Assembly (NCBI RefSeq): GCF_009914755.1
Contig: NC_060944.1
Strand: one strand, 5' to 3'
DNA from: the human T2T-CHM13v2.0 reference genome, Homo sapiens
Length of the DNA stretch: 64,000 bases
Part shown: positions 30,001-42,613 of the stretch, in pieces
Position numbering within the stretch: position 1 is the stretch's first letter
How the letters are laid out: each line of letters opens with the position of its first letter
Made by a program: the position numbers and the translations under genes
Notes under the pieces: model-generated
Databases searched by the model: none
What the model was told of the DNA's origin: nothing
The model's input: the letters and a program-made list of their open reading frames with translations, nothing else

Positions 30001-33000
30001 GTGGAATGTAATGCAAAGGAATGGAAAGGAATGGAATGGAATAAACAAAAGTGGAATGGAAGGGAATGGAATAGAATGGAATGGAATGGAATGGAAAGCA
30101 ATGGAGTCAACCCGAATGGAATCGAATGGAATGGAATGCAAAGGAATGGAATGGAATGGAATGGAATGGACTGGAATGGGATGGAATGGAATGAAACCGA
30201 GTGGAGTGGAATGGAATTGAATGAAATGGAATGGAATAAACTGCAAATGAAAGGAATGGAATGGAATGTAATGGAAACAACCAGAGTGGAATGGAATTGA
30301 ATGGAATGGAATGGAATGGAATCAACCCGAGTGGAATGGAATTGAATCGAATGGAATGGAATGGAATCAACCAGAGTGGAATGGAATTGAATGGAATGGA
30401 ATGGAATTAACCCGAGTGAAATGGAATGGAAAGGAATGGAATGGAATTTAATGGAATGGAATTGAATGGAATCAACCTGAGTGGACTGAAATGAAATGGA
30501 GTGGAATGGAAAGCAATGGAATTGAATGGAATCACCCAGAGTTGAATGGAATTGAATGGAATGGAATCAACCCAAATGGAATGTAATGAAATGGAATTGA
30601 ATGGAATTACCCCGAGTGAAATGGCATGGAAAGGAACGGAATAGAATTTAATGGAATGGAATGGCATGCAATGGAATCAACCCGATCGGAATGGAATGGC
30701 ATGAAATGGAATGCAATGCAATGGAATGGAACCAATGAGAGTGAAATGGATTGGAATGGAATGGAATGGAATGAAAGGGAATGGAAACAACGCGAGTGGA
30801 ATGGAATGGAATGGAATGCAACGGAATGGAATGGAATGCAATGGAATGGAATGGAATACACCAGAGTGGAATGGAATAGAATGGAATGGAATGGAGTGGA
30901 ATCAACCCCAGTGGAATGGAACGGAACGGAATGGAATGGAAAGGAATGGAATGGAATGAAATCAACCCGAGTGGAATGGAATGGAATGGAATGCAATGGG
31001 ATGGAATAGAATGAAATGACGTGGATTGGAATCAATCTGAGTGGAATGGAAAGGAATAGAAAGGAATGGAATTGAAGAGAATGGAATGGAATGGAACGGA
31101 ATTTAAAGGAATCAACCAGAATGGAATTGACTGTAACGGACGGGAATGGAATGGAATGGAATGGAATGGAATGGAATGGAATGGAATGGAATGGAGAGGA
31201 ATGGATTGGAGTGGAATGGAATGGAATGGAGTGGAATGGAATGGAATGGAATGGAATGGTATCAATACAAGTGTAATTGAATGGAATGGAATGGAATGGA
31301 ATGGAATGGAATTGAATGGAATGGAATGGAGAGGAATGGAATGGAATTGATTTGAATGCAATGGAATCACCTGAAATCGAATGGAATGGAATGGAATCAA
31401 CTAGAATGGAAAGGAATGGAATGGAATGGAATGCAGTTGAATGGAATGGAATGGAATCAACCCGTGTGGAATGTAATGCAAAGGAATGGAATGGAATGGA
31501 ATGGAATGGAATCATCAAAAGTGGAATGGAAGGGAATGGAATAGAATGGAATTGAATGGAATGGAATGGAAAGCAATGGAGTCAACCCGAATGGAATCGA
31601 ATGTAATGAAATGCAATGGAATGGAATGGAATGCAATGGAATGGAATGGAATTGAATGGAATGGGATAGGATGGAATGGAATGGAATCAACCAGAGTGGA
31701 ATAGAATTGAATGGAATGGAATGGAATGGAATCAACCCGAGTGGAATGGAATTGAATGGAATGGAATGGAATGGAATGGAATGGAATGGAATGGAATGGA
31801 ATGGAATCAACCAGAGTGGAATGGAATTGAATGGAATGGAATGGAATGGAATCAACCCGAGTGGAATGGAATTAAATGGAATGGAATGGAATGGAATCAA
31901 CCCGAGTGGAATGGAATGGAATGGAATAGAATGGAATGGAATGGAAGGGAATGCAATGGAATTAACCCGAGTCAAATGGAATGGAAAGGAAAGGAATGGA
32001 ATTTAATGGAATGGAATGGAATGGAATCAACCTGAGTGGACTGGAATGAAATGGAGTGGAATGGAAAGCAATGGATTTGAATGGAATCAGCCAGAGTTGA
32101 ATGAAATTGAACGGAATGGAATGGAATGGAATCAACCCAAATAGAATGTAATGGAATGGAATGGAATGGAATTACCCCGAGTGAAATGGCATGGAAAGGA
32201 ACGGAATAGAAATTAATGGAATGAAATGGAATGGAATGGAATCAACATGAGTGGAATGGAATGGAATGAAATGGAATGCAATGCAATGGAATGGAACCAA
32301 TAAAAGTGGAATCGAATGGAATGAAAGGGAATGGAATCAACCCACGTGGAATGGAATGGAATGGAATGGAATGGAATGGAATGGAATGGAATGGAATGGA
32401 ATGGAATATACCAGAGTGGAATGGAATACAATGGAATGGAAGGGAGTGGAATCAACCACAGTGGAATGGAATGAAATGGAATGGAATGGAAAAGAGTGGA
32501 ATGGAATGGTATGGAATGGAATGGAATGGATTGGAAACAAACCGAGTGTAATGGAATGGAATGGAAAGGAATGGAATGGAATGAAATCAACCCGAGTGAA
32601 ATGGAATGGAATGGAATGGGATGGAATAGAATGCAATGGACTGGATTGGAATCAATCTGAGTGGAATGGAAAGGAATGCAAAGGAATGGGATTGAAGGGA
32701 ATGGAATGGAATGGAATGGAATGGAATAAACCCGAGTAGAATGCAATGGAAGGGAATGGAATCGAATGTAATGGAATGGCATTGAATGGAATCAACACGA
32801 GTGGAATGGAATGGAATGGAATGGATTGGAGTGGCACGGAATCAACCCCAGTGGAATGTAATGTAAAGGAATGGAATGGAATGGAGTAGAATGAACCCGA
32901 GTCGAATGGAATGGTATGGAATGAAACGGAATGGAATGGAATGGTATGGAATGGAATGGAATGGTATTGAACGGAATGGAATGGAATGGAATAGAATCCA

Positions 33001-36000
33001 ATCCAGTGTAAAGGAATGGAACGGAATGGAATGGAATGGAATGGAATGGAATGGAATGGAATGGAAAGGAATGGACTCTAATGGAATAAATTGCAGTGGA
33101 ATGGTATGGAATGCAAAGTAATATAATGAAAATGAGTGGAATCCACCAAAATGGAAAGGAAAGGAATGGAATGGAATGGAATGAATGGAATGGATTGGAA
33201 AGGAATCAACCCGAGTGGAATGGAAAGGAATGGAATGGAATGGAATGGAATGGAATGGAATGGAATGGAATGGAATGGAATGGAATGGATTGGAATGGAA
33301 TCACCCCGTGTGGAATGGAAAGAATGGAATGCAATGGAAAGCAATGGCATGGAACGGAACAGAAAGGAATCGAATGGAATGGAATGGAATGGAATCAACC
33401 CGGGTGGAATGTAATGGAATGGAATGGAATGGAATGGAATGGAATGGAATGGAATGGATTGGAATCAACCTGCGTGGAATGTAGTGCATTCGAATTGAAT
33501 GGAATCAACAAGATAGGAATGGATTGAAATGGAATGGAATTCAATGGAATGGAATGGAATGGAATGCAATGGAATCAACCCAAATGGAATGTAATGAAAT
33601 GGAATTGAATGGAATTACCCCGAGTGAACTGGCATGGAAAGGAACGGAATAGAATTTAATGGAATGGAATGGCATGCAATGGAATCAACACGAGTGCAAT
33701 GGAATGCCATGAAATGGAATGCAATGCAATGGAATGGAACCAATAAGAGTGGAATGGATTGGAATGGAGTGGAATGGAATGAAAGGGAATGGAATCAACC
33801 TGAGTGGAATGGAATGGAATGGAATGGAATGGAATGGAATGGAATGGAATGGAATGGAAAGGAATGGAATGGAATGGAACGGAATGCAATGGAATGGAAT
33901 ACACCATAGTGGAATGGAATAGAATGGAATGGAATGGAGTGGAATCAACCCCATTAGAATGGAATGGAATGGAATGGAATGGAATGGAATGGAATGGAAA
34001 GGAATGGAATGGAATGGGATGGAATGGGTTGGAATCAAACCGAGTGGAATGGAATGGAATGCAATGGAATTGAAAGGAATGGAATGGAATGAAATAAACA
34101 CGAATGGAATGGAATGAAATGGAATGGAATGAAATAAACCCGAATGGAATGGAATGAAATGGAATAGAATGGAATAGGGTGGATTGGAATCAATCTGAGT
34201 GGAATGGAAAGGAATGGAAAGGAATGGAATTGAAGAGAATTGAATGGAATGGAACGGAATGGAATGGAATGGAATGGAATGGAATGGAATGCAATGCAAT
34301 GGAATCAACCAGAGTGGAATTGAGTGTAATGGATCGAAATGGAATGGAATGGAATGGAATAAACCTGAGTAGAATGCAATGGTAGGGAATGGAATCGAAT
34401 GGAATGGAATGGCATTGAATGGAATCAACACGAGTGGAATGGAATGGAATGGATTGGATTGGAAAGTTATGGAATCAACCCGAATGGAATGTAATGGAAA
34501 GGAATGGAATGGAATGCAGTGTAATTAACCCGAGTGGAATGGAATGGTATGGAGTGAAATGGAACGGAATGGAATGGTATGGAATGGAATGGAATGAAAA
34601 GGAAAGGAAAGCAATGGAATCAAAACGAGTGGAATGGAATGGAATGTAAAGAAATGAAGTGGAATTCAATAGAATCAACACGAGTGGAATGAAATGGAAA
34701 GGAATTTAACGGAATGGAATGGAATGGAATGGAATCCAATCCAATGAAAAGGAATGGAATGGAACGGAATAGAATGGAATGGAATGGAATGGAATGGAAT
34801 GGAATGGAAAAAATTCGAGTGGAATGGAATGGAATGCAAAGTAATATAATGAAAATGAATGGAAACCACCCGAATGGAAAGGAAAGGAATGGAATGGAAT
34901 GGAATGGAATGGAATGGAATGGTATGGAGAGGAATGGAATTTAATGGAATGGAGAGGAATGGAATGGAATTGAATGGAATGGAATGCAAAGGAACGGAAA
35001 GGAATGGAATGGAATGGAATTGAATGGAGTCAACGCAAGTGTAATTGAATGGAATGGAATGGAATGGAATGGAATGGAATGGAATGGAATGGAATTGATT
35101 TGAATGGAATGGAATCAACTGGAATGGAATGCAATGGAATGGAATGGAATGGAATGGAATCAAATAGAATAGAAACGAATGGAATGGAATGGAATGCAGT
35201 GGAATGGAATGGAATGGAATCAACCCGTGTGGAATGTAAGGCAAAGGAATGGAATGGAATGGAATGGAATCAACAAAATTTGAAGGGAAGGGAATGGAAT
35301 AGAATGGAATGGAATGGAATGGAATCTACAAAAGTGGAATGGAATGGAATGGAATGGAATGGAATGGAATGGAATGGAATAAACCGGAGTGGAATGGAAT
35401 GGAATGGAATGCAATGGATTCGATTGGAACTTAATTAACCCGATTGGAATGGAGTGGAATGGAATGGAATGGAAAGAAGCCGATTGGAATGCAGTGGACT
35501 GAAAAGGAATGGAATTGAAAGGGATGGAATGGAATGGAATGGAATGCAATGGAATGGAATGGAATGGAATGGAATCAACCCGAGTGGAATGGAATAGAAT
35601 GGAATGGAATGCAATCAACCCAAGTGGAATGGAAAGGACTGGAATGGAATCGAATGGAATGGATTGGAATGGAATGGAATCGAATGCAATCGAATGGAAT
35701 AGCATGGAAAGTAATGGAATGCAATGGAAAGGAATCAAGCCAGGTGGAATCGAAAGGAATGGAATGGAATTGAATGCAATGGAATTGAATGGAATCAAGC
35801 CGAGTGGAATGTAATGGCATGGAATGGAGTGGAATGGAATGGAAAGGAATGGAATGGATTCAACGCGATTGGAAAGGAATGGAATGGAATGGAATGGAAT
35901 CAACCCGAGTGGAATGGAGTGCAACGGAATGGAATGAAATGGAATGGAATGGAATGGAATGGAATGGAATCACCGTGATTGTAAAGGAATGAAATGAAAT

Positions 36001-37730
36001 GGAATGGAATGGAATGCAATTGAATCAACTCGATTGGAAAGGAATGGTTGGAATGGAAATGAAAGGAATGGAATGGAATGAAATCAACCCGAATGGAATG
36101 GAATGGAATGGAATGGAATGGAATGGAATGGAATGGAATGGAATGGAATTTAATGGAATGGAATGGAATGGAATGGAATGGAATGGAATGGAATGGAATC
36201 ACCCAGAGTATAATTGAATGGAATGGAATGGAATGGAATGGAATGGAAGGGAATGGAAGGGAATGGAATGGAATGGATTCAAACCAAATGGAATGGAATG
36301 GAATGGATTGGAATGCAATGGAATTGAATGGAATAAACTGAAGTGGAATGGTATAGAATGGAATGGAATGGATTGGAATGCAATGGAATGGGAAGGAATG
36401 GAATCAACTAGAATGGAAAGGAATGGAATGGAATGGAATGCAGTGGAATGGAATGGAATGGAATCAACCCCTGTGGAATGTAATGCAAAGGAATGGAAAG
36501 GAATGGAATGGAATAAACAAAAGTGGAATGGAAGGGAATGGAATAGAATGGAATGGAATGGAATGGAAAGCAATGGAGTCAACCCGAATGGAATCGAATG
36601 GAATGGAATGCAAAGGAATGGAATGGAATGGAATGGAATGGACTGGAATGGGATGGAATGGAATGAAACCGAGTGGAGTGGAATGGAATTGAATGAAATG
36701 GAATGGAATAAACTGCAAATGAAAGGAATGGAATGGAATGGAATGGAAACAACCAGAGTGGAATGGAATTGAATGGAATGGAATGGAATGGAATCAACCC
36801 GAGTGGAATGGAATTGAATCGAATGGAATGGAATGGAATCAACCAGAGTGGAATGGAATTGAATGGAATGGAATGGAATTAACCCGAGTGAAATGGAATG
36901 GAAAGGAATGGAATGGAATTTAATGGAATGGAATTGAATGGAATCAACCTGAGTGGACTGAAATGAAATGGAGTGGAATGGAAAGCAATGGAATTGAATG
37001 GAATCACCCAGAGTTGAATGGAATTGAATGGAATGGAATCAACCCAAATGGAATGTAATGAAATGGAATTGAATGGAATTACCCCGAGTGAAATGGCATG
37101 GAAAGGAACGGAATAGAATTTAATGGAATGGAATGGCATGCAATGGAATCAACCCGATTGGAATGGAATGGCATGAAATGGAATGCAATGCAATGGAATG
37201 GAACCAATAAGAGTGAAATGGATTGGAATGGAATGGAATGGAATGAAAGGGAATGGAAACAACGCGAGTGGAATGGAATGGAATGGAATGCAACGGAATG
37301 GAATGGAATGCAATGGAATGGAATGGAATACACCAGAGGGGAATGGAATAGAATGGAATGGAATGGAGTGGAATCAACCCCAGTGGAATGGAACGGAATG
37401 GAATGGAGTGGAATGGAACGGAATGGAATGGAATGGAATGGAATGGAATGGAATGGAATGCAATGGAATGGAATGGAATGGATTGGAATCAAACCGAGTG
37501 TAATGGAATGGAATGGAAAGGAATGGAATGGAATGAAATCAACCCGAGTGGAATGGAATGGAATGGAATGGAATGGGATGGAATAGAATGAAATGACGTG
37601 GATTGGAATCAATCTGAGTGGAATGGAAAGGAATAGAAAGGAATGGAATTGAAGAGAATGGAATGGAATGGAATGGAATGGAACGGAATTTAAAGGAATC
37701 AACCAGAATGGAATTGACTGTAACGGACGG
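1..37730 (+). repeat. Domain of ~6.45 kb higher-order (nested tandem) repeat, ~5.8 copies
   Basis: Unique landmarks recur at this period. The block containing GGATTGGATTGGAAAGTTATGG gives identical ORFs starting at 2116, 8612, 15054, 21471, 27972 and 34419 (spacing 6496, 6442, 6417, 6501, 6447). GAACTTAATTAA ends at 3135, 9621, 16058, 22475, 28976 and 35438. CAACCCACGTGG occurs at ~35, ~6492, ~12948, ~19385, ~25842 and ~32338. Confidence 0.95.
1341..7870 (+). repeat. Internal ~1.5-1.7 kb diverged subunits within one 6.45 kb unit
   Basis: The paralogous block ATTACCCCGAGTGAAnnGGCATGGAAAGGAACGGAATAGAA occurs at ~1341, ~4780, ~6325 and ~7822. GATTGGAATCAATCTGAGTGG occurs at ~346, ~1884, ~5183 and ~6793. 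GCAAAGTAATATAATGAAAATGA occurs at ~830 and ~2518. Confidence 0.82.
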
Positions 37731-40700
37731 GAATGGAATGGAATGGAATGGAATGGCATGGAATGGAATGGAATGGAATAGAGTGGATTGGAATCAATCT
37801 GAGTGGAATGGAAAGGAATGGAAAGGAATGGAATTGAAGAGAATTGAATGGAATGGAACGGAATGGAATGGAATGGAATGGAATGGAATGCAATGCAATG
37901 GAATCAACCAGAGTGGAATTGAGTGTAATGGATCGAAATGGAATGGAATGGAATGGAATAAACCTGAGTAGAATGCAATGGTAGGGAATGGAATCGAATG
38001 GAATGGAATGGCATTGAATGGAATCAACACGAGTGGAATGGAATGGAATGGATTGGATTGGAAAGTTATGGAATCAACCCGAATGGAATGTAATGGAAAG
38101 GAATGGAATGGAATGCAGTGTAATTAACCCGAGTGGAATGGAATGGTATGGAGTGAAATGGAACGGAATGGAATGGTATGGAATGGAATGGCATGAAAAG
38201 GAAAGGAAAGCAATGGAATCAAAACGAGTGGAATGGAATGGAATGTAAAGAAATGAAGTGGAATTCAATAGAATCAACACGAGTGGAATGAAATGGAAAG
38301 GAATTTAACGGAATGGAATGGAATGGAATGGAATCCAATCCAATGAAAAGGAATGGAATGGAACGGAATAGAATGGAATGGAATGGAATGGAATGGAAAA
38401 AATTCGAGTGGAATGGAATGGAATGCAAAGTAATATAATGAAAATGAATGGAATCCACCCGAATGGAAAGGAAAGGAATGGAATGGAATGGAATGGAATG
38501 GAATGGAATGGTATGGAGAGGAATGGAATTTAATGGAATGGAGAGGAATGGAATGGAATTGAATGGAATGGAATGCAAAGGAACGGAAAGGAATGGAATG
38601 GAATGGAATTGAATGGAGTCAACGCAAGTGTAATTGAATGGAATGGAATGGAATGGAATGGAATGGAATGGAATGGAATGGAATTGATTTGAATGGAATG
38701 GAATGCAATGGAATGGAATGGAATGGAATGGAATCAAATAGAATAGAAACGAATGGAATGGAATGGAATGCAGTGGAATGGAATGGAATGGAATCAACCC
38801 GTGTGGAATGTAAGGCAAAGGAATGGAATGGAATGGAATGGAATCAACAGAATTGGAAGGGAAGGGAATGGAATAGAATGGAATGGAATGGAATGGAATC
38901 TACAAAAGTGGAATGGAATGGAATGGAATACAATGGAATGGAATGGAATGGAATGGAATGGAATGGAATAAACCGGAGTGGAATGGAATGGAATGGAATG
39001 CAATGGATTCGATTGGAACTTAATTAACCCGATTGGAATGGAGTGGAATGGAATGGAATGGAAAGAAGCCGATTGGAATGCAGTGGACTGAAAAGGAATG
39101 GAATTGAAAGGGATGGAATGGAATGGAATGGAATGCAATGGAATGGAATGGAATGGAATGGAATCAACCCGAGTGGAATGGAATAGAATGGAATGGAATG
39201 CAATCAACCCAAGTGGAATGGAAAGGACTGGAATGGAATCGAATGGAATGGATTGGAATGGAATGGAATCGAATGCAATCGAATGGAATAGCATGGAAAG
39301 TAATGGAATGCAATGGAAAGGAATCAAGCCAGGTGGAATCGAAAGGAATGGAATGGAATTGAATGCAATGGAATTGAATGGAATCAAGCCGAGTGGAATG
39401 TAATGGCATGGAATGGAGTGGAATGGAATGGAAAGGAATGGAATGGATTCAACGCGATTGGAAAGGAATGGAATGGAATGGAATGGAATCAACCCGAGTG
39501 GAATGGAGTGCAACGGAATGGAATGAAATGGAATGGAATGGAATGGAATGGAATGGAATGGAATGGAATGGAATGGAATGGAATCAACGTGATTGTAAAG
39601 GAATGAAATGAAATGGAATGGAATGGAATGCAATTGAATCAACTCGATTGGAAAGGAATGGTTTGAATGGAAATGAAAGGAATGGAATGGAATGAAATCA
39701 ACCCGAATGGAATGGAATGGAATGGAATGGAATGGAATGGAATGGAATGGAATTTAATGGAATGGAATGGAATGGAATGGAATGGAATGGAATGGAATGG
39801 AATGGAATGGAATGGAATGGAATCACCCAGAGTAGAATTGAATGGAATGGAATGGAATGGAAGGGAATGGAATGGAATGGATTCAAACCAAATGGAATGT
39901 AATGGAATGGATTGGAATGCAATGGAATTGAATGGAATAAACTGAAGTGGAATGGTATAGAATGGAATGGAATGGATTGGAATGCAATGGAATGGGAAGG
40001 AATGGAATCAACTAGAATGGAAAGGAATGGAATGGAATGGAATGCAGTGGAATGGAATGGAATGGAATCAACCCCTGTGGAATGTAATGCAAAGGAATGG
40101 AAAGGAATGGAATGGAATAAACAAAAGTGGAATGGAAGGGAATGGAATAGAATGGAATGGAATGGAATGGAAAGCAATGGAGTCAACCCGAATGGAATCG
40201 AATGGAATGGAATGCAAAGGAATGGAATGGAATGGAATGGACTGGAATGGGATGGAATGGAATGAAACCGAGTGGAGTGGAATGGAATTGAATGAAATGG
40301 AATGGAATAAACTGCAAATGAAAGGAATGGAATGGAATGGAATGGAAACAACCAGAGTGGAATGGAATTGAATGGAATGGAATGGAATGGAATCAACCCG
40401 AGTGGAATGGAATTGAATCGAATGGAATGGAATGGAATCAACCAGAGTGGAATGGAATTGAATGGAATGGAATGGAATTAACCCGAGTGAAATGGAATGG
40501 AAAGGAATGGAATGGAATTTAATGGAATGGAATTGAATGGAATCAACCTGAGTGGACTGAAATGAAATGGAGTGGAATGGAAAGCAATGGAATTGAATGG
40601 AATCACCCAGAGTTGAATGGAATTGAATGGAATGGAATCAACCCAAATGGAATGTAATGAAATGGAATTGAATGGAATTACCCCGAGTGAAATGGCATGG

Positions 40701-42613
40701 AAAGGAACGGAATAGAATTTAATGGAATGGAATGGCATGCAATGGAATCAACCCGATTGGAATGGAATGGCATGAAATGGAATGCAATGCAATGGAATGG
40801 AACCAATAAGAGTGAAATGGATTGGAATGGAATGGAATGGAATGAAAGGGAATGGAAACAACGCGAGTGGAATGGAATGGAATGGAATGGAATGCAACGG
40901 AATGGAATGGAATGCAATGGAATGGAATGGAATACACCAGAGTGGAATGGAATAGAATGGAATGGAATGGAGTGGAATCAACCCCAGTGGAATGGAACGG
41001 AATGGAATGGAATGGAATGGAATGGAATGGAATGGAATGGAATGGAATGGATTGGAATCAAACCGAGTGTAATGGAATGGAATGGAAAGGAATGGAATGG
41101 AAAGAAATCAACCCGAGTGGAATGGAATGGAATGGAATGGAATGGGATGGAATAGAATGAAATGACGTGGATTGGAATCAATCTGAGTGGAATGGAAAGG
41201 AATAGAAAGGAATGGAATTGAAGAGAATGGAATGGAATGGAATGGAATGGAACGGAATTTAAAGGAATCAACCAGAATGGAATTGACTGTAACGGACGGG
41301 AATGGAATGGAATGGAATGGAATGGAATGGAATGGAATGGAATGGAATGGAATAGAGTGGATTGGAATCAATCTGAGTGGAATGGAAAGGAATGGAAAGG
41401 AATGGAATTGAAGAGAATTGAATGGAATGGAACGGAATGGAATGGAATGGAATGGAATGGAATGCAATGCAATGGAATCAACCAGAGTGGAATTGAGTGT
41501 AATGGATCGAAATGGAATGGAATGGAATGGAATAAACCTGAGTAGAATGCAATGGTAGGGAATGGAATCGAATGGAATGGAATGGCATTGAATGGAATCA
41601 ACAAGAGTGGAATGGAATGGAATGGATTGGATTGGAAAGTTATGGAATCAACCCGAATGGAATGTAATGGAAAGGAATGGAATGGAATGCAGTGTAATTA
41701 ACCCGAGTGGAATGGAATGGTATGGAGTGAAATGGAACGGAATGGAATGGTATGGAATGGAATGGAATGAAAAGGAAAGGAAAGCAATGGAATCAAAACG
41801 AGTGGAATGGAATGGAATGTAAAGAAATGAAGTGGAATTCAATAGAATCAACACGAGTGGAATGAAATGGAAAGGAATTTAACGGAATGGAATGGAATGG
41901 AATGGAATCCAATCCAATGAAAAGGAATGGAATGGAACGGAATAGAATGGAATGGAATGGAATGGAATGGAAAAAATTCGAGTGGAATGGAATGGAATGC
42001 AAAGTAATATAATGAAAATGAATGGAATCCACCCGAATGGAAAGGAAAGGAATGGAATTGAATGGAATGGAATGGAATGGAATGGAATGGTATGGAGAGG
42101 AATGGAATTTAATGGAATGGAGAGGAATGGAATGGAATTGAACGGAATGGAATGCAAAGGAACGGAAAGGAATGGAATGGAATGGAATTGAATGGAGTCA
42201 ACGCAAGTGTAATTGAATGGAATGGAATGGAATGGAATGGAATGGAATGGAATGGAATTGATTTGAATGGAATGGAATCAACTGGAATGGAATGCAATGG
42301 AATGGAATGGAATGGAATGGAATCAAATAGAATAGAAACGAATGGAATGGAATGGAATGCAGTGGAATGGAATGGAATGGAATCAACCCCTGTGGAATGT
42401 AAGGCAAAGGAATGGAATGGAATGGAATGGAATCAACAAAATTGGAAGGGAAGGGAATGGAATAGAATGGAATGGAATGGAATGGAATCTACAAAAGTGG
42501 AATGGAATGGAATGGAATACAATGGAATGGAATGGAATGGAATGGAATGGAATGGAATGGAATAAACCGGAGTGGAATGGAATGGAATGGAATGCAATGG
42601 ATTTGATTGGAAC
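35431..42613 (+). repeat. Two ~3.59 kb shortened higher-order units
   Basis: TTAATTAA spacings are 3589 and 3594. Both units lack the CCCACGTGG, GGACTCTAATGG and CATCAAAAG blocks. Both carry the junction GTAACGGACGG-(GGAAT)n-AGAGTGGATTGG, at ~37721-37790 and ~41289-41364. Confidence 0.92.
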
